Source: an uncultured Gammaproteobacteria bacterium (GTDB lineage: Bacteria; Patescibacteriota; Patescibacteriia; Magasanikbacterales; GWA2-37-8). From it: DNA of 64,000 nt. The position numbers were made by a program, and so were the translations under genes. A model generated the notes under the pieces. The model saw nothing but the letters and a program-made list of their open reading frames with translations. It searched no databases and was not told where the DNA came from. The stretch lies in assembly GCA_964536725.1 (NCBI GenBank), contig CAZHYJ010000002.1, positions 91,219 to 155,218 on the forward strand, in the 5' to 3' direction. Within the stretch, counting starts at the first letter, position 1; the number at the start of each line of letters is the position of its first letter. Shown in pieces: positions 56,646-64,000 of the stretch.

Positions 56646-58622
56646 TTAGTTTTTTAGATACTTTTTCCCCCACCAAGACAAAAAATCTTTTGTAATCGGC
56701 ATGGCGACATAGGCCCCCTCCCCTCCTTCTTCCACCAAGACACTCACTACAATTTGTGGATTATCAAAAGGAGCAAAGGCAGTGAACCAACCATGAGTAT
56801 TTTTGGTACTATTCCACTGAGCTGTTCCAGTTTTTCCGCCAGATGCGAACGGTAAGTTGCGCAACAAATAACAACTACCGGTTGTCACACACTCGCGCGC
56901 CGCCTGCCTGGTCCAATAAGCACTTTCGGAAGAAATGATATTTTTTGCCTTTATCGGAGGTTTTAAAGAGACATTTTTTTCCGTAGCAGACTTCAGTTCT
57001 GCACCAATATAGGGCTGAACCAAATTTCCAGAATTAGCTACGGCTGCCGTCCAAACTGCTACCTGCAATGGAGTTACCAATAGATCACCTTGTCCAATAG
57101 AAAGATTATAGGTGTCACCAATATACCATGGCTCCCCTTTGACTTTTTGTTTCCACTCACGCGTTGGAATAAACCCGCTGCTTTCCCCGGGCAAATCAAT
57201 GCCTGTTGTGCTACCAATATTAAATTTAGAAAAATATTGCGCCATCCGATCTAGGCCCAAACCAACAAAATCACCATAGCCTCCGCCAATATAATAAAAG
57301 AAAGTATTAACCGACCAGGCAACGGCCTTTAATAAATTGGTTGATCCGTGTCCGCCCGCCTTCCAATCTTTAAAAAACCATCTCCCCACCCTAAAACCAC
57401 CAACACTTAAAATCGATGTATTTGCTGTTATTATTTTTTCTTCCAACGCAGCGGCGATCATTACTAATTTAACAGTTGAGCCGGAAGGGTACTCGCCGCT
57501 AATTGCACGGTTAAATAAGGGGTGGTCTTTATCGTTGATTAGTTTTGTATAATTATCTTGACTAATTCCGCCAATGAATAAATTTTCGTCAAATGCCGGC
57601 CAGCTCACCATCGCCAAAATTGCACCATCACGCGGATCCATAGCTATCGCCGAAATCCTTCTTTGTCCGATTTTTTCTGCCATCGCTTTTACTAGTTCGT
57701 CCATTTTTTTTTGCGCTTCCGCATCGATCGTCAACCATAAATTATAGCCTGGAGTTGGTGCTTCTTCAGCGACAACATTTGATTCCTTTCCCAAAGCGTT
57801 GACCTCCACTTTTTTCTTACCATAAATACCACGTAGATATTCTTCATACTGTTTTTCTAATCCGGTTTTTCCAATGTTGTCGGATAGTAAATATCCCCTA
57901 TCTTTAAATTTATCCAATTCTGCGTCGTTTAATTTTCCTGAATAACCTAAAATATGCGACCAACTCAAGACTGCATCGACATTTTCTTGATGACTAAAAA
58001 TATAATCCCGTTTCACTCCACTTTCAATCAAAACACCCGGTAAACTCGAATTTTTTACATACAATTGCAGTGCTGTTTCATAATCGAGATTTTCTTTCAG
58101 CACTAATGATTGGTAGCTATAACTACCATACTTTTTGATTTTCTCATTTATCTCATCTACTGTTAGTCCGCTAATTTCTGCTAAACGTTCAATAATAAAT
58201 TGTTTTTGTCCTAAATTACGGGGTAAGTCTTGGGGTACTATCGCCAAAGAAAAACTTGGAACATTTTGTACTAATTGTTTTCCAAAGCGATCAAAAATAA
58301 TTCCCCTTTCCGCAATTATTGGTTTAAGTCTTATACGGTTTCCTTCTGCTAATTGCAAATATTCATCACCTTTAACTAGCTGTAAGTAGAGCACCCTACT
58401 AGTTAAAATTAACACTCCCAGAAATATTATTATTTTAAAAATTTTAATTATTCTTAAAGAAATGCTTCTTCCCAAAAAAGCATTGGTACCAACAGTAGTA
58501 AGTTGTTTTTCACTACCCGATTCAATCGCGATTGATTCTTCAATCCAACTATTGCGATACTTGCCAGCAAGATCGCCGTTGGATAATGGTTGATCATTAG
58601 CGAAAATATCTCTTCGGCTCAT
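56646..58622 (-). CDS. mrdA: penicillin-binding protein 2 (class B transpeptidase, elongasome)
   Basis: N-terminal TM and dimerisation domain. SxxK (GSTVK), SxN and KTG(T) (GGKTGTAQ). Immediately downstream of mreBCD. Confidence 0.85.
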   Translation of the reverse strand: MSRRDIFANDQPLSNGDLAGKYRNSWIEESIAIESGSEKQLTTVGTNAFLGRSISLRIIKIFKIIIFLGVLILTSRVLYLQLVKGDEYLQLAEGNRIRLKPIIAERGIIFDRFGKQLVQNVPSFSLAIVPQDLPRNLGQKQFIIERLAEISGLTVDEINEKIKKYGSYSYQSLVLKENLDYETALQLYVKNSSLPGVLIESGVKRDYIFSHQENVDAVLSWSHILGYSGKLNDAELDKFKDRGYLLSDNIGKTGLEKQYEEYLRGIYGKKKVEVNALGKESNVVAEEAPTPGYNLWLTIDAEAQKKMDELVKAMAEKIGQRRISAIAMDPRDGAILAMVSWPAFDENLFIGGISQDNYTKLINDKDHPLFNRAISGEYPSGSTVKLVMIAAALEEKIITANTSILSVGGFRVGRWFFKDWKAGGHGSTNLLKAVAWSVNTFFYYIGGGYGDFVGLGLDRMAQYFSKFNIGSTTGIDLPGESSGFIPTREWKQKVKGEPWYIGDTYNLSIGQGDLLVTPLQVAVWTAAVANSGNLVQPYIGAELKSATEKNVSLKPPIKAKNIISSESAYWTRQAARECVTTGSCYLLRNLPFASGGKTGTAQWNSTKNTHGWFTAFAPFDNPQIVVSVLVEEGGEGAYVAMPITKDFLSWWGKKYLKN

Positions 58623-59169
58623 ATTCTTTTTGTAATGTTGTAATGTATTCTGGGCGCAATCTTTTGAGGAAAAATGATAAGAAAAAATATATTGTTACAG
58701 TAAATATTGTAGTGAGAAAAATCTCCCAACCTAGATTTTGCCACCACTCTAGGTCAATTGTGATTAAGCTTACCGACGTAAAAAAATTAACAGTTTTTAA
58801 GATTGTCCACAATAATATTCGATAAAAAAATACTAGTAAAATGGAGGATAAGATAATTGTTGGCAAGGAGCGGTTGGAAAAAATAGTGATGAGCGTCAGA
58901 TTAAAAACTAATAACACAATCAACAGTGCCGTGGCATTTATCCCAAAAGGAAGAGAGGAAAATAATTCAGAAAACCAGATAAAAGGTAAGAGTAACCAAA
59001 GCGTCTGCGGACGAGTAGTTATCGCCAGATATAAAATCAAAAAAACCAAAGACAGATTAAAGCGACTGTAAGGATGAGGTAAAAAACTAACAAAAACCAG
59101 GTGAACAAAAACTATGAGTAATTGCAAAATAAAAAAAATTAATAATTGGAAAAAATGTTTGTTCATCAT
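58597..59169 (-). CDS. mreD: rod shape-determining protein MreD-like polytopic membrane protein
   Basis: About 5 TM helices with no soluble domain. Conserved position between mreC and mrdA. Confidence 0.5.
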   Translation of the reverse strand: MMNKHFFQLLIFFILQLLIVFVHLVFVSFLPHPYSRFNLSLVFLILYLAITTRPQTLWLLLPFIWFSELFSSLPFGINATALLIVLLVFNLTLITIFSNRSLPTIILSSILLVFFYRILLWTILKTVNFFTSVSLITIDLEWWQNLGWEIFLTTIFTVTIYFFLSFFLKRLRPEYITTLQKEYEPKRYFR

Positions 59170-59978
59170 AGGTTGGTTTCGGCAATCACTCCAACCACTG
59201 TTATTTTTGACAGGTCGGTTGCTGGGTTTAATATTGCCTTTTGAAAAGGTTGATACGCTTCGTTGATGACTGCGGCCACAGTGCCGAGCAATAACCCTTT
59301 AGGAACGTCTGGATCTAATCCAGACGTGACCACGGTTTCGCTTGCCGTCACTTGTTCGTTGCGCGGTATAAAATTCATATTCACACTTAGCCCGTAACCA
59401 CCCTCAACCACACCCTGACTACTTTCTTTGTTTAAAATTACAGCGGCAATTTTACTATTACTGTCATTAATCAAACGTACCCAAGAAATATTTTGCTCAA
59501 CGCGAATAATTTTTCCGATAATAATTCCGTCCAACACAACCACGGGTTGGCCAACCTTTATTCCACTGTCTAATCCAGAAGAAATCGCAATCACCCGTTC
59601 TGTGTTTTCGGTATTTTTTCCCACCACGGTTGCGGTTAATACTTTGTAGCTTGGTTGTTTTTGGCTAAAATTTAAGACTTTCTTTAATTCATTATTTTCT
59701 TGTTCTAAAATTCTTAAATGCGCCACCGACATCTCGTTTTCTTTTTGCCAAAAAAGTATTTGCTCGTATTCGGTTTGACACTCTGGCTTTTTGTCTACCG
59801 CCGAATTATCTTTTTTAAGGGACACGCTAAAAACATTTATCTTTGACAAAGTGCCAGACATTATTTGGCGAGCTAATTTTTCTGGCAAATTAAACCAACC
59901 AAGATAATGAAAAAAAATTAGTAACAACAGGGTTACTAAAACATAAAAGTAAGTTTTTTTAGTTGAACGCTCCGCCAT
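59166..59978 (-). CDS. mreC: rod shape-determining protein MreC
   Basis: N-terminal TM, coiled coil, then beta-rich domains (GQPVVVLDGIIIGKIIRV, GLLLGTV). Confidence 0.75.
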   Translation of the reverse strand: MAERSTKKTYFYVLVTLLLLIFFHYLGWFNLPEKLARQIMSGTLSKINVFSVSLKKDNSAVDKKPECQTEYEQILFWQKENEMSVAHLRILEQENNELKKVLNFSQKQPSYKVLTATVVGKNTENTERVIAISSGLDSGIKVGQPVVVLDGIIIGKIIRVEQNISWVRLINDSNSKIAAVILNKESSQGVVEGGYGLSVNMNFIPRNEQVTASETVVTSGLDPDVPKGLLLGTVAAVINEAYQPFQKAILNPATDLSKITVVGVIAETNL

Positions 59979-59988
59979 ATTTTAAAAA

Positions 59989-61026
59989 TTATTTTCGGCT
60001 TAAAACCGCAATTTCGTTTAATAATTCTGGTTCATCCAATAACATTCCCATGCCACGTACGACACCAGTCAGCGGGTCATCCGCAATACGCACAGGGATT
60101 TCAGTAGCACGCAAAATCAATTGATCGATTCCGCGCAATAATGCTCCACCACCGGATATTAAAATACCACGCTCGTGAATATCAGCTACTAGTTCGGGAG
60201 GTGAAACTTCCAAAGTTGATTTGATATTTTCTACCATCACGCGCAATGATTTGGCAATTGCTTCGCGCACCTGCGAATCATTAATCATCACTTCACGCGG
60301 TAAGCCGCTAACCAAGTCACGTCCACGCATCGGAAATTCCAAAGGGGTAGACAGCTCCACCGCTGAACCGATTTTTATTTTTATATCCTCTGCCTGTCTT
60401 TCGCCTAATAATAAATTAAATTCATCACGTGCGTACTGAACGATGTTGCGATTTAATTCGTCGCCGGCAATTTTAATTGATTTCCATGTTACAACACCAC
60501 TGAGAGAAACCACCGCAATTTCAGTAGTGCCCCCACCAATTTCGACAATAAAATTTCCCATCGGTTCGCGTATTGGCATGCGCGCACCAATTGCCGCGGC
60601 CATCACCTCTTCTACGACCACCACTTCTTTGGCACCGGCGTTGATTACCGCATCGCCAATGGCTTTACGCTCTACTTCAGTAATTTCTAAAGGTGCACCA
60701 ATAATCACTCGCGGTCGAGATAAAAAGCCGCGTTCTTCTTCGTTGATCTTATCGATAAAGTAATGCAACAATTTTTCCGCTACTTCAAAATCAGAAATGA
60801 TTCCACCGGATAATGGTCGAGTAGTAGTGATATGTGGTGGAGTTTTGCCCAACATCTCACGGGCTTCACTGCCGACTGCCAAGATCTGTTCGGTGCGAGT
60901 GTTAATCGCCACCACACTCGGTTCACTAATTACCACGCCGCGATTTTTTACATATACCAAAGTATTGGCCGTACCCAGGTCAATAGCAATCTCTTTTCTA
61001 AATTTTTTTAATAAATCATCAAACAT
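59989..61026 (-). CDS. mreB: rod shape-determining protein MreB (actin homolog)
   Basis: IDLGTANTLVYV phosphate-1 loop. Actin/Hsp70 fold motifs throughout. The start was trimmed to MFDDLL. Confidence 0.9.
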   Translation of the reverse strand: MFDDLLKKFRKEIAIDLGTANTLVYVKNRGVVISEPSVVAINTRTEQILAVGSEAREMLGKTPPHITTTRPLSGGIISDFEVAEKLLHYFIDKINEEERGFLSRPRVIIGAPLEITEVERKAIGDAVINAGAKEVVVVEEVMAAAIGARMPIREPMGNFIVEIGGGTTEIAVVSLSGVVTWKSIKIAGDELNRNIVQYARDEFNLLLGERQAEDIKIKIGSAVELSTPLEFPMRGRDLVSGLPREVMINDSQVREAIAKSLRVMVENIKSTLEVSPPELVADIHERGILISGGGALLRGIDQLILRATEIPVRIADDPLTGVVRGMGMLLDEPELLNEIAVLSRK

Positions 61027-61417
61027 AATCACGATTGCTGAACTTGCGATTGGAAAAAATAATTGCTTCAATTAAAATACCTAGTACAATCAAAATTGTT
61101 AAATTCCACCAAGTTAAAAACTGATACTGTTGCAATAATAACAACAACACAACCAGAGCAGCACTTACGGCTCCTTGACGAAACGTTTTTTTTACATGAC
61201 GAAAAACAACCTCTTCTGATTTTAAAAATTTCACTTTAATCCACAAGCTAACCACCGAAATTATCCCGAGTATCGACAAAAATAGACTAGTGTAAAAAAA
61301 GATAAAACTTACTGTATCGGTATCGGTTGGGTCGATATTAAATACAACAAACAACCAGGCCACCGAACAGATTAGGGTGCCTAAAGACATCAAAAATAAA
61401 TACTGACGTAGAGTCAT
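61019..61417 (-). CDS. hypothetical membrane protein (132 aa, 3-4 TM)
   Basis: Hydrophobic ORF immediately upstream of mreB. Confidence 0.3.
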   Translation of the reverse strand: MTLRQYLFLMSLGTLICSVAWLFVVFNIDPTDTDTVSFIFFYTSLFLSILGIISVVSLWIKVKFLKSEEVVFRHVKKTFRQGAVSAALVVLLLLLQQYQFLTWWNLTILIVLGILIEAIIFSNRKFSNRDYV

Positions 61418-61474
61418 ATGTATGTATAATAGCGGATTTAAAGATAATTTACAAGGTGCTAAAAATGGCTAAAA

Positions 61475-61768
61475 CTACGATAAACAACGCACTTTTTCAA
61501 TAGTCCTTATCCCCTGCGACTGATTTAACCTGCCAATCAATTCCGTTTCGCGTAGCTTAATTTCTTGCGCCATAGATGAACTGAGGCAAGCAATCGTGAG
61601 AATTTTATTCTTAACATACAACGCTCGAGCATATTTTGTCCCGGCTTCACCCCAAAATTCACCAATCAGATTATTAGCCGCCTCGACGGCCATAGCGGCT
61701 TGGACACCCTTAACTAAAGGCGAGTGTGAGCGGTTGTTTTGTAAAATACTACCAAGTGATGATAACAT
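61475..61768 (-). CDS. DciA-like DUF721 protein (candidate replicative-helicase operation factor)
   Basis: FWGEAGTKYARALYVKNKILTIACLSSSMAQEIKLRETELIGRLNQSQGIRTIEKV follows the DUF721 pattern W.E.VGP..A.HT.P..L..G.L.V.V.SS.WA.EL...E..I..KLN..LG...V..I. Confidence 0.5.
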   Translation of the reverse strand: MLSSLGSILQNNRSHSPLVKGVQAAMAVEAANNLIGEFWGEAGTKYARALYVKNKILTIACLSSSMAQEIKLRETELIGRLNQSQGIRTIEKVRCLS

Positions 61769-61771
61769 AAA

Positions 61772-63970
61772 TTAAATACGAAAGTCACAAATTTCTTTAA
61801 AGTCGCAATGGGTGCAGTTTTCTGCATTAGGGTTCGGGGTGAAATCGGCGGAACGAATGGACTTAATAATTTCCAAAACCTCCTCTTCTACTTTCTCTAA
61901 ATCCTTTTCTTTGCCCAAGAAACTTTGTTCGGTGTTGTTGTCTAGGTAATAGTATACTAGTTCGATAATTTTCCCCCATTGCCATTCTTCTCCCAAACGA
62001 CTGGCGGCCCATTGATAAATTAGTAGTTGTAGCTTATCAGAAAAAGTTAATTTGGTTTTTGGTTTACCGGTTTTGTAATCAACTAAACGCACGCCTTCGC
62101 CCAGTGGATCAACCCGATCAATCTGACCTTTGAAAAAATAGTCGCCAATGCGAAAGCGGAAAGTTGATTCTAAACTAATCGGAATTACCCAACCAATCTT
62201 TTCGCTTTTTTTATAAAATTCTTTTAGAATCTGTTCGCCCTTCTCGCGATATTTACTTTTGTGATCAGCCGAATAGAACCAATCATCTTGCCAGTTGGTG
62301 TGATAGATTTCTAATAATGAACTGAGGGGCGGAATTTTGGGAGTGGTAGTCGCAGAATCATTCTCGGCGATAATTTGTTGGTAGAATTTCTGCAAGGTAG
62401 TATGCAATGTTTTACCAAAACTAAACACCCCTTTGCCCAAGGTCGGTACCTTTAAAACAAATTGATAACGATATTGCCACGGACATCTTTCATAGGCCGC
62501 GATCTGCGAAAAAGAAAATTGGTCGGGCGGATTTTCTACTACAGCTTCAGTGACCGTTTCAACGGGTGCAACATTAATTGTGGTGGTGGTAGTGGCCGGA
62601 ACTTTGTCCCACACATGGTTGTTGGCCTTCTCAATTTCTTCCACAAAGCGGGATAACTTCTTTTCTCGGAGTCCTCCGTAATCTTTGGCAGCAGATAAAA
62701 ACACCTGCTTCTTGGCGCGTGTGAGAGCGACATAAAACAAACGGCGTTCTTCTTCAAGGTGAGCATCGCCGCTCGGCAAAGATTTTTCTCGTACTAGTGC
62801 ATCCGGAATTTCTATCGAATCATGGCGACTAACTGTCGGGAAGCGTTGATCAACCAAATTCGGGATAAAAACATAATCAAACTCCAAACCTTTCGCCGCG
62901 TGAATAGTCAAAAGACGCACACCCGTGCCTGAACTAACCGATTTTTCCTCACCGTCCTCCCCTGCTTCACTCAGGTAATTAAAATATTTCAACCAACCTC
63001 GTACGGAATTATCGACATTTTCTTCGTGAAATTTTTCTAAATAATCAAACAAGGATTGCAAATACCCAATTTGATCTTGGTTGGCTTCTAAATTAACAGT
63101 TAACCAGTGTAAATACCCAGTTTTTTCGAAGAACTTATACAACACCTTAATCGCCGGTTCATGCGTCGATGACTCGGTAATTTTCTGAATATCTTCTAAA
63201 AACTTCAATATTTTTTCTTTCCCTTTTACACTCAGAACCAATTCATCGCTTGCCCCCGCTTTAACCGCTTCGTAAAGTGAATTGGAGGTACGTTGACACC
63301 AGTGGGTTAGTTTAGAAATATCTTCATAGGGCACGGCATATACTGGACAAGACAGCAAACGAAAAACCGCTGGTGATTCGTGATAGTTGTCAGCTAAGCG
63401 TAAGGCGGCCATTGCGTCCAATACAATCTTTTGACGGAATAGTCCAGACACAATCGAAGTGGAATATGGAATGCCATTGCGCAACAGGGCAGGAATAAAT
63501 TGTTCCGCCACACTATTGGCGCGAGTTAAAATGGCAAAGTTATTCCAATCTAATTCCGGTTCATTCTTTTTTAATTCGATAATTTTGTTTATCACTAAAT
63601 CAGCTTCGGCTGCCGCGGTGGTGGCGTAAATGAAATCGACCGCACCGGTAATCTTATTCTGCGCTAATAATTTTTTCTGTATTTTCAACTTTTCTTCCAA
63701 ACGATCCGGATTGTTTAGTTGGATAAAATTGTAGGCATAATCCAAAATCTTTTGTCCTGAGCGATAATTTTCAGTGAGTACAATTTGTTTGCTCTTAGGA
63801 AAGTCTTCGTTGAATTGCAAGATATTAGAAACGCTCGCTCCGCGGAACTTGTAGATACTTTGATCATCATCCCCTACCACAGTCAAATCAATCATATCTT
63901 CACGTCCGCGTGTCAGCAATTTTATCATCTCATATTGTGACCAGTTGGTATCTTGAAACTCATCTACCAA
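61772..63970 (-). CDS. UvrD/PcrA-family SF1 helicase with C-terminal RecB-type PD-(D/E)XK nuclease domain (AddA/RecB-like); N-terminus lies beyond the window
   Basis: MVDEFQDTN (helicase motif IV region), YRSG, and the C-terminal CPWQYRY...VDYKTGKP...CTHCDFKEIC nuclease with Cys cluster. The ORF is open to the window end. Confidence 0.75.
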   Translation of the reverse strand: MVDEFQDTNWSQYEMIKLLTRGREDMIDLTVVGDDDQSIYKFRGASVSNILQFNEDFPKSKQIVLTENYRSGQKILDYAYNFIQLNNPDRLEEKLKIQKKLLAQNKITGAVDFIYATTAAAEADLVINKIIELKKNEPELDWNNFAILTRANSVAEQFIPALLRNGIPYSTSIVSGLFRQKIVLDAMAALRLADNYHESPAVFRLLSCPVYAVPYEDISKLTHWCQRTSNSLYEAVKAGASDELVLSVKGKEKILKFLEDIQKITESSTHEPAIKVLYKFFEKTGYLHWLTVNLEANQDQIGYLQSLFDYLEKFHEENVDNSVRGWLKYFNYLSEAGEDGEEKSVSSGTGVRLLTIHAAKGLEFDYVFIPNLVDQRFPTVSRHDSIEIPDALVREKSLPSGDAHLEEERRLFYVALTRAKKQVFLSAAKDYGGLREKKLSRFVEEIEKANNHVWDKVPATTTTTINVAPVETVTEAVVENPPDQFSFSQIAAYERCPWQYRYQFVLKVPTLGKGVFSFGKTLHTTLQKFYQQIIAENDSATTTPKIPPLSSLLEIYHTNWQDDWFYSADHKSKYREKGEQILKEFYKKSEKIGWVIPISLESTFRFRIGDYFFKGQIDRVDPLGEGVRLVDYKTGKPKTKLTFSDKLQLLIYQWAASRLGEEWQWGKIIELVYYYLDNNTEQSFLGKEKDLEKVEEEVLEIIKSIRSADFTPNPNAENCTHCDFKEICDFRI

Positions 63971-64000
63971 AATATATTTCCAACGATTTTGATAATGACG

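Noticed and set aside
1-64000. CRISPR arrays / regularly spaced direct repeats
   Set aside because: No repeat-spacer periodicity is visible anywhere. The only repeated non-coding elements are the two or three promoter-cassette copies.

Overview
The window is 64 kb of a low-GC genome (about 38% GC) read in the standard genetic code. Genes are short and tightly packed, often with ATGA stop/start overlaps, and native genes lack Shine-Dalgarno sequences. This pattern fits a reduced genome of the Patescibacteria/CPR type, but the lineage call is a low-confidence inference.

Layout:
(i) 1-8.2 kb is core: a membrane protein, a short alaS, and the infA-rpmJ-rpsM-rpsK-rpsD-rpoA-rplQ-rplM-rpsI block. 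rpmJ is not in the ORF track and was found by hand. rpoA lacks the alpha C-terminal domain.
(ii) 8.3-20 kb is an accessory defence island. A single promoter drives a translationally coupled Type III mod gene, a P2-Old-like OLD-family ATPase/TOPRIM nuclease and a Type III res gene. Tightly spaced after these come a small Hjc/Mrr-like PD-(D/E)XK ORF, a Cas4-like 4-Cys nuclease, a small membrane protein and a Pif1-like helicase. Separately promoted NYN RNase, MazG-like and MazF/PemK-like genes follow. They carry near-identical promoter copies and flank a 60%-GC foreign islet that has strong Shine-Dalgarno sites.
(iii) 20-34 kb is a cell-envelope block: tandem FemAB paralogs, a MOP flippase, GT4, a second Cas4-like nuclease, GT2, an O-antigen-ligase-like protein, then fmt-def-priA, MEMO1 and a long DacA-type PBP.
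(iv) 34-47 kb holds clpB behind a CIRCE-like operator, two Nudix genes, a GNAT, a transglutaminase-like protein, an MsbA-type ABC exporter, EamA, a WecB/TagA glycosyltransferase, gltX, an M23 peptidase, and ddl carrying a Cys/His insertion.
(v) 47.4-48.7 kb holds a tyrosine recombinase (Xer-like). A frameshifted IS30-type HTH remnant stop-overlaps its start codon.
(vi) 48.7-64 kb is core on the minus strand: ftsQ, alr, serS, a Ham1-Nudix fusion, a cytidylyltransferase, an HD protein, lysS, greA, mrdA-mreD-mreC-mreB, a DciA-like gene, and a UvrD-family helicase with a RecB-type nuclease domain (partial).

No rRNA, tRNA or CRISPR array was found. The most promising candidate system is the mod-OLD-res composite operon and the nuclease/helicase genes trailing it.
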